Part shown: piece after piece, positions 12,950 to 26,450 of the stretch
Position numbering within the stretch: the first letter of the stretch is position 1
Layout: every line of letters starts with the position of its first letter
Notes under the pieces: generated by a model
Database searches by the model: none
Told to the model about the DNA's origin: nothing
What the model saw: the letters and a program-made list of their open reading frames with translations, nothing else
Program-made: the position numbers and the translations under genes
Assembly (NCBI GenBank): GCA_038087875.1
Contig: CM075980.1
Location: 12,028,001 to 12,092,000, forward strand
Direction of reading: 5' to 3'
From: Malacoraja senta
Taxonomy: Eukaryota
DNA length: 64,000 bases

Positions 12950-14080
12950 TAAAGGAGGTAATGAAGATGATTGATGAGGATGCAGCACTGGATGTTGTCT
13001 CCGAGGATTTTAGCAACACATTTGATAAAGTCTCCGATGGTTGGATGATCTAGAATAAGATGCGCAGAATTAACAGTGACATGGCTGCATGGATTCAGAA
13101 CTAGTTTACTGATAGAAGAGATAGATGGAGGGACAATATTCAGGCCGCAGTTCTGTGACCAGGGGTCTGTATATGTCATGTATCTAAATTACTTGAATGT
13201 AAAAGTAGATGGGTTGGTTGGCAAGTTTGGAGTAACCCCCAGATTGCTGGGGTCACAGACTGTGAGGAAGGCTGTCACAGTATATGTGGGATATAGATCA
13301 GCTGCAGAAATGGCAGATGGAGTTTAATCCGAGCAAGTGCGAGGTGTTGCACTTTGGGAGGTCAAATGAAAGTGGAAAATTTGTAATTAGTGGCAAGACC
13401 CTTATCAGCATTGATGTACAGAGAGATCTTGGGGTCCAAGTTCACAACTCCCCAAAAGTGGCAACACAAGTAGATAGAATGTGAAGAAGGCATTGTGATA
13501 TGCTTGCCTTCTTTGGTTGGGGCACCGAGTACGAGTCAGGAAATCATGATGCAGCTTTATAAGACTTTGGTTAGGCCTCAATTGGAGTATTGCTTGCAGT
13601 TCTGGTCACCCCAAAAGACAAAGGATGCGGATGCTTTGGGAAGGATGCAGAAGAGGGTTATCGCAATGATGTCTGGATTAGGGAAGCATTAGCCACAGTG
13701 AGAGGTTGGACAGCCTTGGATCCTTTTCTCCAAAATTATGAGGCATGGAGAGAGTAGAGTAGTGACAACCTTTTACCAGGATGGAAACATCAAATACTAA
13801 AGGACAAAGCTTTAAGGTGAAATGGGCAAAGTTTAAAGGAGATGTGCAAGGGAAGTTTATTCATTTTTACACAGAGGTTGGTGAGTGCCTAGAACATGCT
13901 GCTTGTGGTAGTGGTGGAGGAAGATACAATAGCAGCATTTAAGCCATACTTTAGGATAGGCACGTGGGTATTCAGGGAATGGAGGGATATGGATTATGTG
14001 CAAGCAGGTAAGAATTGGTCTTGACATCATGCTCAGCAGATGTTGTGGGCCTGTTCCTGTGCAGTATTTGTCCCATGTTC
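12950..14080 (+). mobile_element. CR1-clade LINE RT 3' fragment
   Basis: WQMEFNPSKCEVLHFGRSN, QRDLGVQVH, LYKTLVRPQLEYCLQFWSP. Confidence 0.92.
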
Positions 14081-15799
14081 AGTATATGCTCTAATCTCCA
14101 TTTCATTCTTGGTGATAGAACAAGGCAACCTGACTTCAGGTCAGATTTAAATTAAAATGAGAGATCCTCATTAAAATTTGATTCTAGAAAACTCTCAAAA
14201 TCTAAACAATCCAAATGAATTCTGCTTCAAACTGACTGCTTACTGCGAGTATGTTTCAGGTCGGGACGTTTCAAGTCGGGACAAGCTGGTGAATGGATAT
14301 CGGCTCCAGTCAACCAGCCTCAGAGTGTAACACTGAAACTGTCAATTTCCGTCTTTAGAAACCATTTAATCCACTCGTGATCACAACATAAAATGAAAGG
14401 TAAAATGCACAGCAGACAAATAAAGTGTAATAAGGATAGATCAATGAGCAGTCAAGGGGACTACATGCAGATGAGTGGGGAAGAGCAAATCCACATCAGT
14501 CTAGCTGACGTGGAAAGAGATACAAGAAAACTCGGCAGGCCATCATTCATCTCATTAAAAGCAACATATCGTTTGGAAATCTCAAGCAACGATAGTCAGG
14601 AGTCTGTTTTTCTATCAGCATCATGTATTATACAGTGAGCAGTCAAGACATTCATTGGAAAACAGAGCAAGTTTGAGTCTTGTTAAGGGACAGAGGCAGA
14701 GGCATTTGGAAAAAGCATCTGGAAAATAGATTTACAAACAATCTATGGAAACTGTGCAGCTAGGCAAATCATAAAAAGTAACTAATACTTCTCAGTCTTA
14801 AATATTTCAATAGACCAGATAGTTTCAGCACTTTTTCCAGACATAAATATAATTGTTATATGGACATCTAGCAATGATTGCCCCTTCCTGAACTACCACG
14901 GGGAGAGGCATCATTTTGAACCTCTGCAGTCATATAATACCCTGCAGGTAAGAATGTCTGGATTTTTAAATCCAACAAAGGAATAAAGTGAAACTTTGAT
15001 AATTCAGCCTACTGGGTGCCACCAGACAGGCAGTTTTTCCTGGGGACTATTGAGGGAAAGGGATTAACATTAAACATATTTTTAATTCAATCGGAAAAAA
15101 AAAGGCATGAAGCTTTACAATAAAATTTACCTGTGAATCCAGCTAGTTAAAAGAGCCTGAAAAAACATCACCTGGATCAGGTTTCCAAATAGTCCGATAA
15201 AAAGTTTTACTGTGGTTACATTTTCAACACAGATGAAGTAGTTGGGGAATTTTCACATCCCCACTGCTTCCACACATGAAGCAGCACAGATTTGGGGGCC
15301 GCTGTTGCAGTTTAACTGCTGTATTATATTCTGCAGGCTGTACGGAGTGGAGGAAGCAGGAGTTTAGTATGGTAGACAAGGAGATATGGCTGCCTGGCCT
15401 GGATGGGCTGCAGTCAGAGTCATCAAGATATGTGACAATGTTTCCTTGATGTTTCCCTCCAGTGATGGAACCTTTCCACGTATCTTGATGAATCCGTCTG
15501 CAACCCATCCAGGCCTTTTCCTGCAAACAAAAAAAAAAAAAAAGGGCTCTGGGGATATCAGGGAGGTCTCTGACCTGTTGAAGAATTCAGTAAAACTCCA
15601 GAATTTTAAATGGCTCCGAAAATCTACCGGTTGGACTAAGGTCTGATCATGCCGAATTTATGTTTTATCGTATGTGGTTGATTCAGGCAAATCCCGATCA
15701 AAAGCAGCCACCAGAATGTCAGACTCTCCCATTTTTAAAGGTAAAGATCAATATAATTCCATGGCGAACAGAAATAAAACCAGAAAACACTGGAGAAAA

Positions 15800-16010
15800 C
15801 ACAGCAATAGACAATAGGTGCAGGAGTAGGCCATTTGGCCCTTCGAGCCAGCACCGCCATTCAATGTGAGCATGGCTGATCATCCCCAATCAGTACCCCG
15901 TTCCTGCCTTCTCCCCATATCCCCAGACTCCGCTATTTTTAAGAGCCCTATCCAGCTCTCTCTTGAAAGCATCCAGAGAACCTGCCTCCACCGCCCTCTG
16001 AGGCAGAGAA
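15800..16010 (-). mobile_element. HER1/CR1 LINE 3' end
   Basis: gcaggagtaggccatttggcccttcgagcc...catggctgatc tail pattern. Confidence 0.8.
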
Positions 16011-18034
16011 TCAAGCAGCAGATCCGGCCGCATGTGTTGGAAGAGAAATATAACCCACATTTCAAGTCAAAGACCCCTGGTCAGATGTGGGAATGGGACA
16101 ACAGGACCTCAGAGCTGTGGGGAGGGTGGGGCTGTCTTGGACAAGGCAGGGAGAGGGGAGAAGAATGAGCAGCAAACAAGATCAACCGGTCAATGGGTGG
16201 ATGGTCACGGCTAGAGAGCGGGAACACATACAAAAGAACATAGTAGTTGCCATAAGCAGAGCAGGAAGACATACGCAGCAGGTCAGCCTGATTTCACCCT
16301 TCCTCTCCCACAAAAGAAAAATGGGAATATCCAGGATCAAGCAGCAAGGTTAATTGAGACCATCCATTACAAATTCTCCTCCCCGCTTTGTGCCTGTGGT
16401 GTACATCTATAACATGCACTACCACAATACAAGGCTTCTTCAACTGAACCTCCCAGGTCATAGAGTCATACAATCTCATAAGGAAACACGCCCTTCAGCC
16501 CAACTTATCCATGCCACCAAGGTGCCATCCAAGCAGGTCCCATTTGCCCATTGACCCATAACCCTCCAACCATTTACCTTCCCAGATATATTTTCAATAT
16601 TATTATACCTGCATCAACCACTTCCCCTAGAAGCTCGTTCCATGTACGTACCACCCTCTGATTGGAAAAAAAAGACCCCTTAGGTTCCTATCTTTGCCCT
16701 CTAATGTTAGACTCATGCCCTCGAGTTCACATGCTCTTACAGACTCCCCTGCAACATCTCCCAAGCCACAATCTGTACCACCACGGAGGACTAGACAGCA
16801 GGCAGACAGACATCTCACCACCTCCAAATCGCCCAAAATCCCAACCCAGAAACGCAGAGATCAGGATCCAAGTACAAAAACTCAAGTCAAGGCCTGGTGT
16901 GTGTCCTTTTACGGAGGACTATGGCTCATGGTCGCTTGCTGCCAGGGCAATTGAAGATTGACAAGAAACACCAACTTGGTCAGAGGTGATCACATCTCGC
17001 AGGTGAATAATACAAATACCGAGCTTTGCCACCCAGGATCAGAATGTTCATAATGCCAATTCCACCTCTTCATTCCATTGTGGTCCACAAAAGGTGTGAA
17101 CAGCTCAGTTGATTGTGGCCACTGTACATCTGCTGACTTTTATACCTGTAATCGGGGTTCAGGTTCCCCACCAGTGGCACAGATTAGGATCGGTGGCAGA
17201 GTGATGGATATGACAGTTTACAGTTTACATTTGACAGTTGAGCGGGTTTACAACTCTTAGTGAAATATTGCTTATGACACTTCATGGACCCCCAAGACCT
17301 GGAAACTAGTATTAGTTCTGCATCTTTGGTGTGTGGAGGAGCACAACGAAAATGGTAATTGTTTCCAATAAGCGTGCCATGATTAGCGAGGAGATTTTTA
17401 ATTACGATTTTTCTGTGTTGGCTCACAGACTGCCATCGATATCCTAAAGGTTTTGGCTAGGACTAATGCTACCAAGTTGCTCAATGGTGGGAACTGAAGT
17501 CCCTCAACCAGAGGACATTGTTCCCTTGCTACTCTTACAGCTTTCTCCTGGTATTGCTCAACATGAAAAAGCCCTTACTCATCAGATGAGGCAGAGCTCC
17601 AGATTTCATATCCCATGCCATAGATACTATAGGGTCTGGATCAATGCCCAAGGCCCACTGCCCCGTGAACATAGCCCAAAGTGCCAACATCTCTGGGCCC
17701 AATGGATGAGTCTGGGAGGTTGGATGATGTTACAATAAAGAACAATAAAGTCTGTTGCTCAACCAACCCACGTGACAGTTCTCCCGATTTTGGCACAACC
17801 CCAGCTGTTATTGAGGATGACTTCAGTGTTGACTGGCCTGGCCAAGATTAACATAGGGAAGATCGCTCTGCCACAGCTTGCAAATTCTGAAAGGGGATAA
17901 CACCCACCCACCCAGTGCACTGCTGCCTTAGCCTTTCGTTTCTCCACGACTACAAAAATGGCTGCTCCATCTGGGAACGTTCCACTGACGCTGAGCAAAC
18001 TATCGCACTGAAAATTTTAATAGGCTGCCCAAAA

Positions 18035-18195
18035 ATGTGTAGGAACGAACTGCAGATGCTGGTTTAAACCAAAGGTAGACACAAAACACTGGAGTAGTCT
18101 GAAGAAGGGTCACAACCCGAAACATCACCCATTCCTTCCCTCCAGAGATGTTGCCTGTCCCGCTGAGTTACTCCAGCATTCTGTGTCTATCTTAG
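18035..18195 (+). repeat. Palindromic Penelope-derived element with an intact hammerhead catalytic core (18099-18126)
   Basis: CTGAAGA-A-GGGT-CACA-ACCC-GAAA-CAT-C inside inverted arms. Confidence 0.72.
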
Positions 18196-20096
18196 GCTGC
18201 TCAAAAAACGCTCTGACACCACCTAGCATTGCAATCCCAAAATTAGAAAACTGGAATGAAATGACTATCACATTTTGCAGTATGCTTCTCTAATGCAAAG
18301 CTTCGTTCTCCTCCAGAACACTATTATCAGATGACCCAGCACACCTTAGGCTCAAGGAAGGCATAACTGCACAGTGCCAGGTCCAAAGACTCTGTTTCTC
18401 TGGATTACTCTATCCTCGATGTGGATGAAGTCATTACTCTACAACAAAGTCCTCACCGAGTGCGACAGAAATAGATTCTTAGTCACACTCAAAGCACAGT
18501 GTGACCATGCTGGCCAATGTTACATCTCTGGTCCAGGGAGATCCAAGCAAAGCAGTCAGGCCCAGCCGTGCAATGATTGAAACCGCAAAGCTCGCCACAG
18601 TCAACATCAGCCGAGTCATTGCCCTACAAGTAAGGAAATTAGAAAATCCAACAATAAAAGGCAGCTGGGTATCCTTAATGCCATTATGGCTAGCCTAAAC
18701 CTTGAGTTAGAAGACAGAATAGTTAAGTTAGTAGAGAAAATATTAGAATGACAACAAAAAAACAAAGCTAACTACCAGATTAAAATCTAAAATAAGTTGC
18801 CGAGATAGCCAAGTTAATCATTAACTATCAATTTTCTTGCAGAACAAGAAAATTAAACAAAATGAGGTTAGTTGAAGAAGGGACAGTGAGGTAAAGGACC
18901 ATCACCAACGGGTTGGACACGTGTTATGGGCCAAATGGATTAATCCCACTTATTTTATTATGCATTAATTTCTTGCAGTTATTTCTTAAACATTTAATTA
19001 AGGCATAAAAGTGCTGGCAGTATTTTGGGATTGCAAAAAAAAGGTGGACAAGAAGAATACCACAGATTGTCACGTTTGCAAGCGGTATTTACGCCTTAAC
19101 TTGGTCTTTGCTGGAAATACTCTGACACGAGGGAGGAATTCTTGGGTACATTATCAATGCAAAGCTCAGACACAGAAAGGAGTATGTGGGGTGGTAACCA
19201 TGGCAGGGTAATCAGGAGTTAGCGGGAAGCCTGGCAGTGAAAACTGGGTCATCATGCTCAATACTTGAATATAAGCAGAAAAACAGAGTGAAGGAAAATC
19301 GGACGGCATAGTGAAGTAGGGACCTTCCCAAAGGAGGAAGTACAGCCAGGAAGATTGGTGTTGGATGACCTCTATAATTAGGTGCACAGATAATTTTCTC
19401 TGCTAACAGGTGTTGGTATGGAAAATTTTAAAGTTGGGAAAAGGAGCAACTAGCTCCAGCTGTAATGCCCCATGTCAGTAATCTTTTCTAGGAGATGTTG
19501 GAAGCAGAATTAAAGAACAGGTTCTTGGGACCATTACCCAAACCGTGGGCAAGCTGGCACTGGAACAAGAACTTTGGTAGAGTCAATGGGCTGCTGTTGT
19601 GGAAGGAGGAGCTCTGATTTATGGGATCTTTCACATGTAGAAGGCAGGCAGCACCAAACCAAAATTATGAACAAGGCTAGCGTTTAAAGACAAAGACTGA
19701 ATGAAGTTAATTTCTCATTTAATTTTCACGTCCTGGACAAGGCAAGAAGGCTCACAAGAGAAGGTCGCAATGAGCCACCTCCTTGAACTGCTGCAGTCCC
19801 TCTGGGGAAGGGGCTCCCATTGCTGGCAGGGAGGGAGTTCCAGGATTTACACCCAGTAACAGCGAAGGACAGACAAATATATATTTCCAGGTCAGGTTTA
19901 TGTGCAGCTTGGGAGGGGAACTCGTGTGTTCCCATGGGCCTGTTGCCCTTATCCTTGTTGATGGTAAACATCTCAAATGAAGTTATATGAATAAATCATG
20001 TAGGCAAATAACAAGGCAAGCAGCAAACAGTTCATGGGAGATTTAATTTCCCACAAAAATAAACTGTCCGGGGCAAGTGAAAGCGATAGAGTGCAG

Positions 20097-20355
20097 GCGA
20101 CACGGTGGCGCAGTGGTAGAGTTGCTGCCTTACAGTGCCAAAGACCCGCGTTTGATCCTGATCACGGGTGCTGTCTGTACAAAGTTTGTACGTGAAGGCG
20201 TGCTCCAGTTTCCTCCCACCCCCAAAACACACAGGTTTGTAGGTTAATTGGCTTTGGTAAAATTGTAAATTGTCCCAGGTGCTAGTGTGCATGGTTATCG
20301 GCAGTCGGCGTGGACTCGGTGGGCCGAAGGGCCTGTTTCCGCGCTGTATCTCGAA
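20097..20355 (+). mobile_element. V-SINE (HE1-like)
   Basis: A/B boxes, partially deleted V-domain, CR1 tail. Confidence 0.85.
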
Positions 20356-20794
20356 AGAGTTGTCAAAATGGCACCACCAATTTTGATCCTTCTACAAGAT
20401 TGCAAAGGGAAATAAATGCAGTTGGGTCTTGTGCTGGCCAGCAGACTAGAACACAGGGGTAATGGCCACATACACTAGCACTTCACTTGGTGATAACCCT
20501 AGAGTGCCGATTCCATACAGCACGCTTGATGCCACAATCTGAACACACACAGGAACATAACCCACACCCCTTTTTTAAAAGGTAGATAAAAATGCTGGAG
20601 AAACTCTGCGGGTGATGCAGCATCTATGGAGCGAAGGAAAAGGTGTTTTAAAAGGCGTTTTTCAGATCTGTGCACTTGGAAGTACTGGGAACTTGACATG
20701 AACCCCTATCCATTCTCCTCACTGCTCTACAGGAACCGGATGTGAAACTGTACCTTCTCACATCATTAAGCGTTGACAGATCTCTTATACCCTG

Positions 20795-21400
20795 CGATCA
20801 TAGAATCATTCATAGCAGGGAAACAGCCCTTCAGCCTAACTCGCCCAATCCCATCTAAGCTAGTCCCACTTGCATGCATTTGGCCCATATTGTTCTAAAA
20901 ATTTCATATCCATGCACTAACTGAATGTCTTCTTAATGTTGTTGTTTTGCCTCCCACAGACACTTTCTCTGACAGCTCGCTTCATGTACTCATCACCCTC
21001 GGAAAAGGTTGTCCTCAAGTTGCTAATGAATCTTTTTCCTCGCACCTCATCTGTTTCTTGACTCCCATAAATCTGGGTTAGAGACTACGTGCACACACCC
21101 TATCTATTCCGCTCATTATTTTATACACTTATAAGATCACTCTTCCATCACATACACTCCAAGGAATAAAGTCCCAGCCTGCCCAACCTCTCCCTGTAAC
21201 TCAGTCCCTGGAGTCCAGGCAACATCATCTATGTTTTTTCTGCACTCTTTCCGGTTCAACGGCATCTTTCCTACAGCAGGATGACCAAAATCGAACACAT
21301 TATTAAAGTGTGGCTCACCAATGTCTTGTACAACTGCAACATAACATCTCAACTCAATACTCATTGCCCTTACTGATGGAAGCCAGTGTGGTCACTCTCA
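20795..21400 (-). mobile_element. CR1-clade LINE 3' fragment
   Basis: Reverse complement of the CR1 RT C-terminus and 3' UTR. Confidence 0.8.
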
Positions 21401-22194
21401 TCACCTCCTGGTGGACTTGCTGATGGCCTGAGCACATTTCCACAGAAATCTGTGGGCTGGGAAGAGCTGGGCAGCCAAAGAGAAGCGGACAGTGGCTTCT
21501 GTCACATCCAGCAGGCGGTGATGAGGGGGAATGTAGGACCCTGGTGGTCAACCCTCACCTGGAGCAGGTGCTGCCAGACCCCAGCAATGACGGCAATCAC
21601 TGTGCCGGTCGGTGTACAGCCCTGAACCCGGCAGCTCAGTGACGCAGTGCTCGCCCCAGGTCCCACTCCCCACACAGGCAGCATCGGCATGCTGAGCCGA
21701 CGGCTGATACTTCATCAGGTGGGAGCAAGCATTTTGTACCAGGTTCCCAGCAAACCAGTGCCACCAGTGACTTCGCCCTATACTGTCCAGAACCCTTTTG
21801 AGGAAGTGTCCACCACAAAATATATTTAAGGGGACTCATGATCTCTCAACATAAATGGCATCAGGTGTACAAGGAGAGGGCAAGAACATGGCATTGAGAG
21901 AAAGGATCAGTGATAAAGCAGCAGCCTCGAAGAGAGGACTCTCCTCCGACTCATGTTGTAATATGTTGAAACGTTTTGCATTGATGACATTTTTCATTGT
22001 TTAAGTTAAGATATGACAGGTCTTAGAACAACAGGGGAATCAAGAGTGGTGGAAATCATCAGTGGAGTTGAGACCAAGAGGTTTTTTATTTTTAGTAAGA
22101 GGAAAGCAAGGCCAGCATTCCTAACGGCCCATGAGAAGTTGGTGGGGAGCAGCGTTCTTGAATGCTCCCTTGCTGGTTAACGTGGTCCAGTGCT

Positions 22195-22465
22195 TTAGAC
22201 TTTAGAGATAGTGTGGAAACAGGCTCTTCGGCCCATTGAGTCCGCGCTAACCAACAATCAACCCGTACACTTCACAATAAGGCCAATTTACATTTTACCA
22301 AAGCCAATTAACCTGCAAATGTGTACATCTTACGAGTGTGGGAGGAAACCGGAGCACCCTGAGAAAACCCACAGAACGTACAAACTCCATACAGACAGCA
22401 CCTGTAGTCAGCGTGGAACCCGGGTCTGTGGCGCAGTGAGGCAGCAACCCCACCGCTGCGCCATC
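22195..22465 (-). mobile_element. V-SINE (HE1-like)
   Basis: Reverse complement of the 7943-8245 family. Confidence 0.85.
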
Positions 22466-23264
22466 CAGTGCTGTTGTAGTAGAACATCTAATCAGAGGCA
22501 TAAACCTTATTGAATGGGGCAGCAGCAAGCGCATGGCCAAATGGCCTACTCCTATTCATATTGTAAGGATGCATGAATAGGGTGAGATGAGGCACGAGTG
22601 GGGGGAGGGGGAATACATGTGGAGCAACAATCAGCACAGACCAAATTGGTCAAATGAGCTTTCTGCCCTGCAGCTGCATCGCAACTCAAACTGACCTCCC
22701 ACGTCAACATACTGGAGAGACAATTGGAGGAAGGAGGGACCCAGTGTTACTGAAAGTGATTCAAGGATTTGGTAATGATCTGCATGGACCAATGCAGCAC
22801 TGCCCGCAAGCAAGTTGAAGGCACTGCATTCCCCCTGCTGCCACGGCAAGTGCTGAAGAGAGAGATGCTCAAACAAAATGGTTTAAAACGCTGATACTGA
22901 TTGGTCTTTGATTTTAAAAAATGTACTCCAATTCAAACTCCCCTCCCCACCTTATAAGCAGCATACAGAGAGTTTGCTTTCGCAAGAAGAAAACTGCAAA
23001 CTGCACACAGAGAAAAGGCCATCATGCACAGAGAGATCACAGTAAGCACCTTCTCATTGTCCAGAACAGTGGAACTAGTGGATGTGGCCTGCCATGGAAG
23101 GAATGAATAATCCAAAGCCACTAGACATTTTATTTCTGCTGGGGAGTGAAAATGAGGAAACGGGCTTTTTGGACATTTCACTAAAATTGGACATTTTTCC
23201 CATTCAGAAGAAAACATTTTGGGATTTTGTATCCAAGAAATTGGAGACAAGCCATGCATATTTA

Positions 23265-23580
23265 GTTTAATTTAAAGATACATCATGGAAACAGGCCCTT
23301 CGGCACACTGAGTCCACACCGACCACCAATCATCCATTCACACTAGTTCTATGTTATCCCACTTTCACATCCACTCCCTACACACTCAGGGCAATTTACA
23401 GAAGCCAATTAACCTATAAACCCGCACGTTTTTGGAATGTTTTGGAAACCAGAACACCCGGAGGTAACCCACGTGGTCACAGGAAGAACATGCAAACTGC
23501 ACACAGACAGCACCCGAGGTCAGGATCTAACCTGGGTCTCTGGTGCTGTGAGGCAGCAGCTTCACCAGCTGCACCACCCA
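23265..23580 (-). mobile_element. V-SINE (HE1-like)
   Basis: Reverse complement of the family consensus. Confidence 0.85.
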
Positions 23581-24849
23581 TATTGAAGATCAAGTTTAAA
23601 TAGATCATGCTGTCGATACTCAACAAGTCAAGCAGCATTTGTAATGAAAAAGAAACAGCTAATATTTCAGATCAACGATCCTTCAGCAGAATGAGGAAAG
23701 GTCATTACGCACTGCACAAAGATGGGGGACACGAGAGATTGAATGACACAAGAGCTGGCAGCTGAGGGAGCATGAAGACTTCTAATTCTCATTGAAGATT
23801 GAAGATGGAAAACAGGAGGAGAGAGGAAAAAAAGAAGAAATAAAAGAGTTTAAAATGACGTTGGAACTGTAGGATGCCCATTGTAGAAGCAAAAACAACG
23901 CAGATACCGGGAATGTGAAAGGAAATCAGAATGCTAGAAACACTCAGCAGGTCAGACAACATCTGTGGAGAAACAAACAGAGTTAGAATTTCATGCTAAC
24001 GACTTCTCCGAGCTGGTCAGCTGTTACAAACAGCCAGGCAGGGTTGGTTAACATTAAAATGAACAAATTCTGACAATCCCGAGAGCCGGAATGTGCAAAG
24101 CCTGACGATAAGATGCTGCTTCAAGCTTGCTTTGGGTTTATTCCTCTCCCTCCCGCTCTTCACCCACCCCGAGGGAACCCGGGAGGGGAGTCAATGTGGG
24201 ATGGAAAGTGACAGGAATAGGTCCTAGAATCTCAGGAACACCCATGCAGACTTGATGGAGATTCTTCAAAGCAGGAAGCCAACCTGTATTGGGTTCCTCC
24301 AATGCAAAGACCACGAGTACCCAAATGCAGCAGTTGGGAAGCAGTGCCAATAAATCATTGCATTACATTGGGCTCATTTGGACAACGGTGTCCAATGTGG
24401 CTTCCAAAGACACACGCCACTGGGCCATTACTGAAACATGGACACAAGGAACTTAAACGGCACAAAGTACTGGAGGAACTGAGCATGTCAAGCTGCATCT
24501 GAAGGGAACGAACAGGAGGGAATGAATAGTTGATATTTCGGGTTGGGGGCCTTCTTCAAATTGATGGGGGGGGGGGGGGGTGCAGGGTTGGATGAGAGGT
24601 TGGGGCAGGACAATGCCCAGCAAATGACAGGCGGTTACAGGGAGATGGGTGGGGGGGGGGTTGTGATTGGCAGATGGGTGGAGTTGCAAAGGTTTGAGGT
24701 GATAAAGAGACCAAAGGGTGTCAGATAGGGAGAGAAAGAAGTGAAATGTAAACCCAGTATGACAGATGTGGGTGAAAAGAGAGAGCTGGGGAGCTTGGAA
24801 TTGATGCTAGGTGAAATGAGCTGGGTGAGTGGGGCTCATGTTGTCATAA

Positions 24850-26450
24850 ACACCTGGGAATATACAAGGAATAAGCTTGGACACTACAGACAAGCAAGCT
24901 TTACACCAATGTTAGGAGGTTGTTGAAGAAAATTCTGTGGGAAACGATTAATGGTGACTTAGAAAGGCAAGGGCCGATTAGGAGGTGTTAGCATGGATTT
25001 GTGCAAGGGAGATCAAAACTGATTAATTATTGGGAACACTGGTGACAGCAGAGCAGATGTGGTGCGTATGTACTTCAGGAAGGCTCTCAACAAGGTCCCA
25101 CATAATAAACTGGTCCAGAAGGTGAAGGCACACTGAATCCGAGGCATGTTGACAAACCAAATCCAAAGATGAGCTGGAGAGGGGGTAGGGGGAGGAGCAT
25201 CTGTGGAGAGAAATGGATAGTTGACTTTTCAGGTCAAGATCCTTCCTTAAGAAGGGTCTCCATTCAAAACATCGACAATTTGTTTCCCTGAACAGATGCC
25301 ACCTGACCTGCTGGGTTTCTCCAGCACCTTTTTCTTTTAAACTACAGATTGCAGCACATCTGCAGTCTCTTGTGCCTGGATCCAAACTTGTTTGGGTAAT
25401 AGGAGGTCAAGGGTTTGTGGTGGATGGTTGTCTATCTGACTGGAAGTCTGCAACAAGTGATGTACCACAGGGATCAATGCTAGGACCTTTGTACAAATAT
25501 ATGACTTCCATGAGAAAGACTAGCCCTCTGGAGACCAGTAGTCCCTGCAGCCAACAACACCCATACCAGCGCTCCAGAAAGCCCCCCCCCACCCCCCCTG
25601 GCCACCAATATTGGAATTGGTGGAGGTGGAATATTGCGTCGAGGGACCAGCCCTCTTGTGTGAACATAGGACCCAACGGGTCCCACTTAGTCTAGTCTAA
25701 CAATATAGATGGTCATAGATTAGTTGTTCAATTGGGCAGAGCAGTGGCAGAGAGAATTTAATCCAGACGGGTGCAATGCAAGCTCTTGGGGGAGGTCAAA
25801 TTCTGGTAGGACATCAAGAGTAAATGGCAGGGTTCTTAAGAAAATTGATGGGCAGAATTTGGTGCCCTGAATGTGGTGATACATGCAGATGAGATGGTGA
25901 AAAAGGTATTGGTATGCATGTCGTCATAGATCAAGGCACTGGTTATAAGAGTTGGGAGATCATGTTGCACTTGTACAAAACATTGATTAGTTTGGACTTA
26001 AGAGTATCGTGTACATTTCTGGTTGCTACACTACATGATGTTGTAGCAGTATTGTGCAGAAGAGATTCACCAGCTTAGTACTTGGAATGGGGGACAGTTG
26101 TTACAAGTAGAGATAGGATAGGCTGTAAGTGTGCACTGGAATGCAAGAGGCTCAGAGGTGAATTTATAATGGTTTAAAATATTATGAGGGGCATAAAGAG
26201 TCATATTTTTCCCCTAGGGCTGGCTTGTCTAGATGAATGGGTTTAAACTGAGCGGGGGGGGGGGGGGGGGGAACTAAAGGAGATCTAAGGGGAGTTTTTC
26301 CAAACCGACAGTAGTGAATATATAGAATGAACTGCCAGAAGGTGGCAGATAGAATTACAAAATTTAAAATGCATTTGGACAGGTACTTGGATAAGAAAGA
26401 CAGAGGTACACTGGTTGGCAGGGTTCTGACTCTACAACTCCATTTGTATT
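24850..26450 (+). mobile_element. Decayed CR1 RT fragment with two nested insertions (palindromic element about 25165-25380; hairpin-CTAG element about 25517-25697)
   Basis: Degenerate QHGF and DFxKAFDKVPH motifs; VVDGCLSDWKSATSDVPQGSMLGPL. Confidence 0.8.

Noticed and set aside
26253-26271. Long G/C homopolymers (also about 6290, 24565, 39115 and 62421) as functional G-quadruplexes
   Set aside because: All lie inside repeats, and homopolymer lengths are unreliable in assemblies.
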